From an uncultured Clostridia bacterium (GTDB lineage: Bacteria > Bacillota > Clostridia > Christensenellales > DTU072), in assembly GCA_944349735.1 (NCBI GenBank), contig CALVNM010000003.1, positions 1 to 59,809 of the forward strand: a DNA stretch of 59,809 bases. The letters are read 5' to 3'. Position numbers and translations under genes: made by a program. Of the stretch, positions 23,314 to 31,534 are shown one piece after another. Positions within the stretch are counted from its first letter, which is position 1, and every line of letters starts with the position of its first letter. Below the pieces are notes generated by a model. The model did not search any database. It was not told the origin of the DNA and worked only from the letters and a program-made list of their open reading frames with translations.

Positions 23314-23329
23314 TGTTTCACGTGAAACA
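23314..23329. promoter_or_regulatory. parS site (site 3), perfect consensus
   Basis: TGTTTCACGTGAAACA. Confidence 0.85.
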
Positions 23330-23331
23330 AT

Positions 23332-23340
23332 TTATCCACA
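23332..23340 (+). promoter_or_regulatory. Perfect DnaA box, 2 bp from parS site 3
   Basis: TTATCCACA. Confidence 0.55.
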
Positions 23341-24382
23341 TTGTTTTATATCACTGCCGTTCTATGCCTTTTATCTCTTGTTATCGACTGTCTGAGGGCT
23401 AAATCATTGTACGTTCGGCGCATTGCTCGCAACGTAAGTGTATGCAAATATATTCACTTCCCCTATCCGTTCAGACTGAAAATATAATTAGCCTTTCTCT
23501 CTTTCCTTATCACGACGCACGCCGTTGATGATCGACACATCTTGCATGCCTTTATATCTTTGACGACCTATGATCCTTAAGCGAAGAAGCCGTTTACATG
23601 CCTCGAGCTGCTATTTGAATATTCAAATTTTTCCTTTTACATTGTTCGCCGCAGCCGCAGGTTATATTTACTTATATAAACATTTGACCTACGACATCAG
23701 CACTTACGGTAAAGCTTCAGCCTGTCCTTCCTGATGCGCAGTCAGTAGCGCTTGTTTATCCGGTTAACAATCAACAGGCGATCACGATAACGGCTTACAT
23801 ATAAGCCGACCTACTCTTCATTCCCCGATGTTCAGATCCGCCCTCTATCGGTTCGGTACGCGGTTATTTTCCGCATTATTTAGTGTGCATGCGCTTGCGC
23901 GCTCCGAGCTTTGTTTTCCTCCTCCGTCAGCCGACCACGGCGACGGCGAACATTCATGAATGTGCGCTACAATATAATAACTCAAAATCCCATGAGCAAT
24001 TATGCCGAGTTAAGTCGATAGCAAGTCACGGATTATCTATCGGTCGACGCCGAGTCCGTTCGTGCTTCTTACTGCGGTATCGGTCTAATGACTTCTCGAC
24101 AGACCGCGAGTATTACTTAATATGTCGGTTGAGCTTCTCAACTTATGAATCACAGCGGTACGAGAATATATAAAAACGCACGAAATCAAATACAGACCAT
24201 ACGTAATAAAGAATATCAGATCGGTTGTCAAGCATAGTACGCACCGGACATTGTCTCGGCATAAGCTAAGACCTATAGCTTATACATGGAAAGCAGCTGA
24301 AATTCTTATATAAAATCTGAAGATATTTCTATAAAAAGCAGCACCGTCCTTAGCAATTCCTCCGCGTACGCATGTAAACATT

Positions 24383-24391
24383 TTATCCACG
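24383..24391 (+). promoter_or_regulatory. DnaA box, 1 mismatch
   Basis: TTATCCACG. Confidence 0.35.
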
Positions 24392-24641
24392 GGATACAAC
24401 GTCAGAGCAAAACAACGTCTGAATACTCCCTGCATTGTGCGGCACTCTTTTATCATATATACCGGTTATAAAAGCATTCTTGCTTCTTATGTAGGCATGT
24501 AAAGTCCGAAGCCAGTATATACGCGTACCGATAGACATTATTTGTAAAGCTATATTATAGCAATTCTGCATATTTATATCAAATATGCTCTATATTATAA
24601 TAATTATGTATATATCTCATAATATATGTATAATTATACAT

Positions 24642-24657
24642 TGTTTCACGTGGAACA
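24642..24657. promoter_or_regulatory. parS site (site 4)
   Basis: TGTTTCACGTGGAACA (1 mismatch to consensus). Confidence 0.8.
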
Positions 24658-24707
24658 CTGCGACTTATATATCAAAACTATCAAATTCTGAAGATAAAAA
24701 TGACTGA

Positions 24708-24723
24708 TGTTTCACGTGGAACA
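24708..24723. promoter_or_regulatory. parS site (site 5)
   Basis: TGTTTCACGTGGAACA, 50 bp after site 4. Confidence 0.8.
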
Positions 24724-24990
24724 ATTATAATATAATCACAGAACTTGTATTTTACATTATAACAATAACGGCATAATAGTATTACTACCGTTATGATAAT
24801 AAAGAATCTGTACTCGGTTATAGATCTATACCATATGTGAAGAAAAATATAGATATACGGTTCATTTAAATAAACGCGTTATCCAATCAAAATAAGTAAA
24901 AACAACTAAAACTATATATCGTAGTCTCCATTATATTATAACACTTAAAAGTCTGACAAATTGATATGAAACACTATGTGAATTACTCAT

Positions 24991-25006
24991 TGTTTCACGT
25001 AAAACA
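24991..25006. promoter_or_regulatory. parS-like site (site 6)
   Basis: TGTTTCACGTAAAACA (1 mismatch in the core). Confidence 0.65.
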
Positions 25007-25440
25007 TCGCGTTTTTAACACTGTATGATTCATCTTAATATAAACGGTATGAAAGACGTACATAAATTTTTTTACCGGTTTTGTAATATGTGCCGAATCG
25101 TTAAACATAAACAGACTATCCGATATGCGGGTTATAAGCATATTATATTTATTTATCAACTATCCTACATATTTGATTTATTGTCTCATATAAATTAAAG
25201 TCTATACCGCATAATTAGATTGCGCGATTATATCTATACCTATTTCTATATCCATATAAAACATACAATAAATCTTGTCAGCTACTGTGATTAAACTATA
25301 GAATGATCGTCTGATAAGTATTAATATTTATCTGTAATTCTTTGTACGCTGTATTTATACTTAAAGAATATTTATCTATCAATATACATAAATTGAATTT
25401 ACACCCGTATATTATTGGCAACTAATAAAAATTTAACGAA

Positions 25441-25456
25441 TGTTTCACGTGAAACA
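25441..25456. promoter_or_regulatory. parS site (site 7), perfect consensus
   Basis: TGTTTCACGTGAAACA. Confidence 0.85.
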
Positions 25457-25657
25457 ATATAGTATTACCGGTATAATATATTAAATGAATGCTATTCTAT
25501 GATAACGTCTATACCTATAGCAAGCGTATAGACATATATAATATTATAATCGATTATAGCCGGCGACAGAAGCTGTTGAAATATTAAGAACTTTTACTTT
25601 ATAATACAATCGTTATTTTAAGTGTAGGATAAGTGAAAATTACAATTTCTGTTGCGC

Positions 25658-25673
25658 TGTTTCACGTGAAACA
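25658..25673. promoter_or_regulatory. parS site (site 8), perfect consensus
   Basis: TGTTTCACGTGAAACA. Confidence 0.85.
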
Positions 25674-25763
25674 TTTGGCGATTCTATGACGCAAGTAAAT
25701 TCACACCTTTATATCTTATAGATCAGATCTGTATACAGATATTCTGTTTACGCTGCTCAGCAT

Positions 25764-25779
25764 TGTTTCACGTGAAACA
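25764..25779. promoter_or_regulatory. parS site (site 9), perfect consensus
   Basis: TGTTTCACGTGAAACA. Confidence 0.85.
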
Positions 25780-26518
25780 AAAAACTATTTAGCTTATTTC
25801 TATGACTTATGAAATTATATTTATGACCAAATAATCTATTTACATTGTCAGATTACTTAATTATAGATTTATTTACCGTGACTTTATATTGAAATGATAT
25901 ATTAACTCTTTTCTGTTTAAATGTTTTGTAAAACGCATAACAATTTCTGCTATTACCATATAAATGATGTATGATATGCGGATAAATTATATTTTCTGAA
26001 TAAGATACGCTTATTGACCGTATTATCTTAGGCATACAAAATTAATTTGATTATAGCTCATTGACATCGGATTCATCGTTAACGCTTGTCGTAATATCTG
26101 AGTTCTATTACAAACTCACAGCATATCATACATATACAGTCTATGAACAGTTTTTCGACTATACGGGTATATTATTATAAACCGCTGCATGTTACGTGCT
26201 TTTTAGATTCAACAAATAAATATGATCTTACTTTATGCTTGTCCATATGTATTTATGCACATTATGTTTCATATATCGAATAAGTATATATGCCATATAC
26301 ATGCATATACATATTTTAGATATAGTATTTGCATATAAATTAGTGTCGTATATAATTGAGATCGTAAGAATAGGGTAATCGGAAAACATATTCCGGTAAT
26401 CGATACACTTATTTTGCTTTTATATAAACACTGTCTTATGTTATAAAACTTGAGACGACAGATCTATATCTGCTTATCCTGTATTTTTCTTCAGAAATAC
26501 GTTTTTTCCTATATTTTA

Positions 26519-26566
26519 TGTTGATAACTTGTGTTTATTGTGGATAACTCATAGGGTTTATCCACA
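26519..26566. promoter_or_regulatory. Cluster of three DnaA boxes downstream of dnaN
   Basis: TGTTGATAA (26519, 1 mismatch), TGTGGATAA (26539, perfect), TTATCCACA (26558, perfect, inverted relative to the previous box). Confidence 0.6.
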
Positions 26567-26874
26567 ATTATACTGCATTTATGTATTTTAAAAGAGAATT
26601 ATATTACTCTTTTAATTACCTTAATTTCGCTGTTTTTACAATAAAATATCTCCTCATTCCGATTTTATATATAATGCTTGCGGTCTTCCTTGTTTCGGAG
26701 CTTCATTATTGATCGTTTCTTTTTTATCCCGTATAATAGCGTTAAGTACGCCTACTTATAAGCAGTATTCTTTTCTTGTTCATTCGATATAACCTTTTAC
26801 ATCATTATGCGCCTATGCCGCGCTCGGTAAACCGATATTTTTCGTCATAATAAAAATATGATTTTCTGTTTTTT

Positions 26875-26904
26875 GCATAAAAAACCCGGCATTCTCTGCC
26901 GGGT
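26875..26904 (-). terminator. Rho-independent terminator downstream of dnaN
   Basis: Minus strand: ACCCGGCA gagaa TGCCGGGT followed by TTTTTTAT. Confidence 0.65.
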
Positions 26905-26924
26905 CTTTATTTATCTTTAATTTT

Positions 26925-28025
26925 TCAGCCTATCATTCTCAGCGGAAGGACCAGATATATATACTTTTCTCCTTCTACCGGCTTTATGACTGCGGGAGCG
27001 TTGGAACCGGTAAGATCTATTTTGATGAAATCTTCCTTTATCCTGTTGAACGCGTCGAACAGATACCTCGAATTGAAAGCTATCTCTATATCCTTACCAT
27101 CTTGCTTGGCGTCTACGGTCTCGCGTATCCTGCCTACTTCGGACGCGGAATTTATCTCTATTTTTCCGCCTGAGAACGTGAGTTTGAGATAATTTTTCTT
27201 ATTCTTCGCTACTATTGTCGCTCTGTCGAGTCCCGCTTCCAAAGCGTTCTTGTCGACCGTTATTTCGGTATTCTTGGTCTGAGGAAGTATCTTTTCGTAT
27301 TGGATAAAATCTCCTTCGAGAAGCCTCGTTATTATCTTCGTGTGTCCCATGTCGAACATCACGAAGTTTTTCTGAACGGCAACTTTTACTTTCTCGTCGT
27401 TATCGCCGAATACTTTGGTTATCTCGTTGAGCGTTTTTCCGAGCACGACGATACTCATGTCTCCGATAGAATTGAAAACTTCGCTTTTCGTGATGCCGAG
27501 TCTGTATCCGTCGAGTGCCGCACAGGTCATTTCTTCGCCTTTTACGGCTATCTGGCAGCCTTTGAGTATCGGTCTCGTATCTTCCTGTGAAACGCAGAAT
27601 ATGACGCCTTCTATGGCTTCCTTGAGGTCTCTTTCTCTTACCAGGAAGCTGTTTTCGTCGCTTACCGTTTTTATCTCGGGATAAGTATCGTCCTCCATGC
27701 ACTGGAATTCCGATTCGTTGCCTTTATATCTCACTACCAGAGAAGTGGAATATTTCTCGAGTTCTATTTCCTCTACTTCGACGAGCTTCTTGACAAATTC
27801 GGTAAATAGTTTACCGGTTACGACCGTTTCTCCTTCCATTTTTACGCTCGCCTTTATTCTTGTCTCTATGAAGAGATCGAGATCGGTTGCGGAAAGGGTC
27901 ACTTCATCTCCCGAGGCGCTCATTTTGACGCCTTCTAGAATAGGAATATTGGTCTTACCGGAGATCGCCTTGCTTACAGTGATCAACGCTTCAGATAACT
28001 CTGTGGAATTGGCGATGAATTTCAT
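26925..28025 (-). CDS. dnaN: DNA polymerase III beta sliding clamp
   Basis: 366 aa. MKFIANSTELSEAL... three-domain clamp. Located directly downstream of dnaA. Confidence 0.95.
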   Translation of the reverse strand: MKFIANSTELSEALITVSKAISGKTNIPILEGVKMSASGDEVTLSATDLDLFIETRIKASVKMEGETVVTGKLFTEFVKKLVEVEEIELEKYSTSLVVRYKGNESEFQCMEDDTYPEIKTVSDENSFLVRERDLKEAIEGVIFCVSQEDTRPILKGCQIAVKGEEMTCAALDGYRLGITKSEVFNSIGDMSIVVLGKTLNEITKVFGDNDEKVKVAVQKNFVMFDMGHTKIITRLLEGDFIQYEKILPQTKNTEITVDKNALEAGLDRATIVAKNKKNYLKLTFSGGKIEINSASEVGRIRETVDAKQDGKDIEIAFNSRYLFDAFNRIKEDFIKIDLTGSNAPAVIKPVEGEKYIYLVLPLRMIG

Positions 28026-28071
28026 ATACTTCTCCTTATTTATAATTAAGTTTTATTATTATAATAACCGT

Positions 28072-28205
28072 TGTGGTTATGTGGATTACTTATCCGAAAC
28101 GGCGTCACCGATGCGAATAAAAGGCGAAACCGAGGGAATAAGAGGCATTTCGTATGGGAACGATGTTGATAAATGCGGTCGATATATGTTGATACGTTAT
28201 CCACA
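28072..28205. promoter_or_regulatory. DnaA-box cluster in the dnaA-dnaN intergenic region, next to an AT-rich tract (28033-28068)
   Basis: TGTGGTTAT (28072, 2 mismatches), TGTGGATTA (28080, 1 mismatch), TTATCCGAA (28090, 2 mismatches), TGTTGATAA (28164, 1 mismatch), TTATCCACA (28197, perfect). Confidence 0.55.
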
Positions 28206-28281
28206 TCCTCACATTTGTCCCGAAAGGGGTTTTTTACCTGCGGTAAAAGACTCTTTCCGATAACGCCGTCACAGAGAAAAA

Positions 28282-29667
28282 TCACGCGTTAAGGGAATTC
28301 TTGATGTCCTTGACCGCTTTGGCAGTCTCGGCGTTTTCCTTTATAAGTCCTGCTATTTTGTCTCTTGCGTGTATTATTGTGGTATGATCCCTCCCGCCGA
28401 ATATCTGTCCGATCGAAACGAGCGGAAGCGACAGCATATCGTTGATTATATAGATAGCTATCATTCGGGCTTCGACGAGGTTTTTGGTCTTTTTCTTACT
28501 GATTATATCCGCCTGCGAAATATTGAAATATGAGCACGTTGCGGCTATTATGTCCGAAGAGTCGATTCCCGTCTTTTTCTGAACTGTATTTTTGAGAGCT
28601 TCCTTAGCCGTCTCGAGGTCGGGATAAGGCAGACCTTTAAGCTTCGCGTAGAAGATGACTTTAGCAAGGCTTCCTTCGAGTTCCCTGATGTTGGAGTCTA
28701 TCTTTTCGGCAAGATAATTGACTACGTCGTCGTTGACGGCGATTTTCTCGAGTATCATCTTTTTGCGGATTATGGCTATCCTCATCTCGAGATTCGGTGC
28801 CCCGATGTCGGCAATCAGTCCTCCTTCAAATCTCGAACGCAAACGGTCTTCGAGAGTAGCTATCTCCGACGGAGGTCTGTCCGAAGTAAGTACTATCTGT
28901 TTTCCTGCCTGGTATAAATCGTTGAAAATATGGAATACGACTTCCTGGAGTCCTACGCGCTTCTGGAGAAACTGAACGTCGTCGAGCATGAGCATATCGA
29001 CGGAACGGTATTTCTCGCGGAAGGAGTGGAGATTGAAAGCGCCTTTGTCGGTGCGGTTATTGGAAATAGCTTCTACGTAGTCGTTAGTGAGCTTTTCCGT
29101 AGGGGTGTATAAGACCTTGAGATGGGGAAGATGCTCGCTTACGTAATTTCCTATCGAATGGAGAAGATGCGTTTTTCCTAGTCCCACTCCGCCGTAGAGG
29201 AAAAGAGGATTGAACGAGAGATATACGTTATCGGATACTCCCGGAGATTGTGCGACCGATTGAGCCGCGTGGAATGCGAGTTTATTGGATTCTCCCACTA
29301 CGAAGTTGTCGAAAGTATATCTCGAGATGAATTGACTTTTACTCTCGCCGGATTGCTCGGACGCATTGTCTTCCGAGCTGTATTCTTCTATCTCTTTGGA
29401 ATAAAATTCCTTCTCTTCCTCGGTGATAACTGCAAATTCCGTTATCATGCTGCCCGTGCGCTCGAGAGCGGTGCGGATAGCGTCTTTATATGTTTTATTA
29501 ACGGTGAGTTTGTTATTCGACGAAGGAGCGAGCAGGATAAGAGTATTATCCTTAACGCAAACCGGGGTGAGAGAATCTATCCATACGGAATAAGCGATAG
29601 CGTTCACACCTTTTATCCCAATGATATTCGAGCAGGCGTCCTGCCATAATTTACGGATGTCGATCAT
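28282..29667 (-). CDS. dnaA: Chromosomal replication initiator protein DnaA
   Basis: 461 aa. AAA+ Walker A GGVGLGKTHL, and the C-terminal DNA-binding signature IGQIFGGRDHTTIIHA. Confidence 0.97.
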   Translation of the reverse strand: MIDIRKLWQDACSNIIGIKGVNAIAYSVWIDSLTPVCVKDNTLILLAPSSNNKLTVNKTYKDAIRTALERTGSMITEFAVITEEEKEFYSKEIEEYSSEDNASEQSGESKSQFISRYTFDNFVVGESNKLAFHAAQSVAQSPGVSDNVYLSFNPLFLYGGVGLGKTHLLHSIGNYVSEHLPHLKVLYTPTEKLTNDYVEAISNNRTDKGAFNLHSFREKYRSVDMLMLDDVQFLQKRVGLQEVVFHIFNDLYQAGKQIVLTSDRPPSEIATLEDRLRSRFEGGLIADIGAPNLEMRIAIIRKKMILEKIAVNDDVVNYLAEKIDSNIRELEGSLAKVIFYAKLKGLPYPDLETAKEALKNTVQKKTGIDSSDIIAATCSYFNISQADIISKKKTKNLVEARMIAIYIINDMLSLPLVSIGQIFGGRDHTTIIHARDKIAGLIKENAETAKAVKDIKNSLNA

Positions 29668-29675
29668 ATGGAAAT

Positions 29676-29684
29676 ATTATATCA
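29676..29684 (-). promoter_or_regulatory. Candidate extended -10 element (TGaTATAAT) ending 8 nt before the dnaA ATG
   Basis: Minus strand reads ttaTGaTATAATatttccatATG. No Shine-Dalgarno sequence is visible upstream of dnaA. Confidence 0.35.
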
Positions 29685-29789
29685 TAAAGCTCTAAGGAAT
29701 ACAAGGAAAAAAGAGAGTATAAGAGTATCGGTAAAACTCGCGGCGCGCGCATGCGCCCGTGCAATTCGTCCGCGCCGGATAAAAGCGTA

Positions 29790-29818
29790 TTTACAATATT
29801 TACGCCGTGTGGTAAAAT
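29790..29818 (+). promoter_or_regulatory. Candidate promoter TTTACA-17-TAAAAT (with TGg extended -10) ending 6 nt before the ATG at 29825
   Basis: TTTACAatatttacgccgtgTGgTAAAATcggattATG. Confidence 0.4.
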
Positions 29819-29824
29819 CGGATT

Positions 29825-31534
29825 ATGGTAGATATAAAAAAGATAAAAAGAAAGCTCGTAAAAGCGGGATACCCTCTGATAGAAGCGAGCCTTAAGAACG
29901 GGAGCGTCGTCCTGAGCGGAGAACTGGAAGATTACGAAGGGATACTCGAATGCGGAACCATAGCGGTATGCAAAGAATCTCGCGGAGTCGTAAACGATAT
30001 AAGGCTGAAAGGATACGCGCCGGAGAAGATGAGAATATGTCCCGTCGAAGACAAAGCATACGACGGGGAATCGCCTGACGTACTAGTCATAGGCGGCGGA
30101 ATAGTTGGAGCCGCCATCGCAAGGGAACTGACAAAATACGCGCTCACCGTCACCGTTCTCGAGAAGGAATACGATATAGCGACCGGTCAATCGGCTCGAA
30201 ACGACGGAATGATACACGCCGGAATCGACCTTAAGCCGAGCAGTATAAAAGTAAAATATAACGCGCGCGGTAACGCGATGTATCCCCGGATAAGCAAGGA
30301 ACTCGACGTACCCATAGAGATGTGCGGGCAATGCGTGCTTTATACCAAGAGATGGCAGAAGCTGCTTTTCCCGTTCATCAAAGCGCGCGGAGCGAAAAAC
30401 AACATCCCGGTAGAGAAACTCGGCCCCGAAGAAGTTAAAAAATACGTCCCCGAACCCGGGATAAAATACGGAGGATTCATGTGTCCTTCTGCGGGTATCC
30501 TGAGTCCTTATCAGATGACGGTGGCTTTTATGGAAAACGCCGTAAATAACGGGGCAGTACTCCATACGGATACGGCGGTCACGGGAATAGATAACGACGG
30601 GGAGAAGATAACCGCCGTAAGGACGAACCGCGGTACATTTTATCCCAAAGCGGTGGTGAACGCGGCGGGCATATATTCCGACGTGATAGCGGAATGGGCG
30701 GGAGACAGGCATTTCACGATACATCCGAGGAGAGGAGTGGAAGCCGTTCTCGACAAGAAGGCGAAGAAAGCGACTTCCGCCGTCATCGGAAAATTCGTCA
30801 TAAAAAGCAGTACCGGCAAAGGGCATACCAAAGGCGGCGGCGTGATAGTCACCGTAGACGGGAATATTCTGCTCGGACCGAGCGCGAAAGAAACGCCCGA
30901 AAGAGAGAACGAAGCCACTGTGCCCGAGGAATTCGAGGAGATGATAGCAAAGCAGTTCAAGCTTGCGCCGAAGCTGAAGAGGTCTGATATAATCACATAT
31001 TTCGCGGGGACGAGAGCGGCTACTTACGAGGAAGAATTCGTAGTGGAAAAAAGCCCCGTCGTCAGGAACTTCGTACAGGCTGCGGGGATACAGTCTCCCG
31101 GCGTCACTGCGGCTCCCGCGATAGCGGAAGACGTGGGAAAATGGGTCGCGGAGATAGTGTTCGGCAGCGACGTAAAATATAATACAAATTTCGATCCGAT
31201 AAGAAAAAGAATCCCGAAACCTTCTGAAATGTTACCCGAAGAAAGGAAAAAACTTATTGCGGAAGATCCGGATTACGGCGTCGTGATATGTCGGTGCGAG
31301 GAAGTGACCAAAGGAGAGATCAAAGAGGCTCTCCGCCGTCCGGCGTCGGTACCCGCCGTCGACGCGGTGAAGAGAAGAGTACGCGCGGGAATGGGTCGTT
31401 GTCAGGGAGGATTCTGCAGTCCTCTTGTCATGAAGATAATATCCGAAGAGTGCGGAATACCTCTCGATAAAGTAAGGAAGAAAGGTGCCGGAAGCGAAAT
31501 AGCGTTCCGCTACACCAAAGGCGGAGACAGATGA
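29825..31534 (+). CDS. FAD-dependent oxidoreductase, GlpA/LhgO-like, with a C-terminal BFD-like [2Fe-2S] domain and a ~67-aa N-terminal extension
   Basis: DVLVIGGGIVGAAIARELTKY dinucleotide motif. CRCEEVT...GMGRCQGGFC BFD-like Cys pattern. Alternative internal start at MRICPVED. Confidence 0.8.
   Translation: MVDIKKIKRKLVKAGYPLIEASLKNGSVVLSGELEDYEGILECGTIAVCKESRGVVNDIRLKGYAPEKMRICPVEDKAYDGESPDVLVIGGGIVGAAIARELTKYALTVTVLEKEYDIATGQSARNDGMIHAGIDLKPSSIKVKYNARGNAMYPRISKELDVPIEMCGQCVLYTKRWQKLLFPFIKARGAKNNIPVEKLGPEEVKKYVPEPGIKYGGFMCPSAGILSPYQMTVAFMENAVNNGAVLHTDTAVTGIDNDGEKITAVRTNRGTFYPKAVVNAAGIYSDVIAEWAGDRHFTIHPRRGVEAVLDKKAKKATSAVIGKFVIKSSTGKGHTKGGGVIVTVDGNILLGPSAKETPERENEATVPEEFEEMIAKQFKLAPKLKRSDIITYFAGTRAATYEEEFVVEKSPVVRNFVQAAGIQSPGVTAAPAIAEDVGKWVAEIVFGSDVKYNTNFDPIRKRIPKPSEMLPEERKKLIAEDPDYGVVICRCEEVTKGEIKEALRRPASVPAVDAVKRRVRAGMGRCQGGFCSPLVMKIISEECGIPLDKVRKKGAGSEIAFRYTKGGDR

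Larger units (their letters stand above)
22441..26874. other. ORF-free, AT-rich non-coding tract (about 4.4 kb) carrying parS and DnaA-box motifs
   Basis: The longest ORF in any frame is 96 codons. There is a marked AT enrichment relative to the flanking genes. The tract is bounded by terminators on both sides. Confidence 0.85.

Noticed and set aside
22756-25779. The possibility that the repeated 16-bp palindromes form a CRISPR array or a MITE family.
   Set aside because: Spacing is highly irregular (gaps of about 50 bp to 1.3 kb). The repeats are only 16 bp and are perfect palindromes identical to the parS consensus. There are no cas genes and no terminal inverted repeats or target-site duplications.
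22540-26035. Small ORFs inside the AT-rich tract (22540-22728, 22966-23238, 23883-24173, 24383-24571, 25853-26035).
   Set aside because: They are 60-96 codons long, with no ribosome-binding sites and low-complexity or nonsense-like translations. One of them starts inside a parS-like palindrome. Random ORFs of this size are expected, and none is supported as coding.
22441-26874. An integrated mobile element or prophage remnant as the explanation for the AT-rich tract.
   Set aside because: No integrase, transposase or phage-like ORFs are present. There is no tRNA/att-like direct repeat at the borders and no terminal inverted repeats. The content (parS, DnaA boxes) is origin-specific rather than mobile-element-like. 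Ancient decay cannot be excluded without homology searches.
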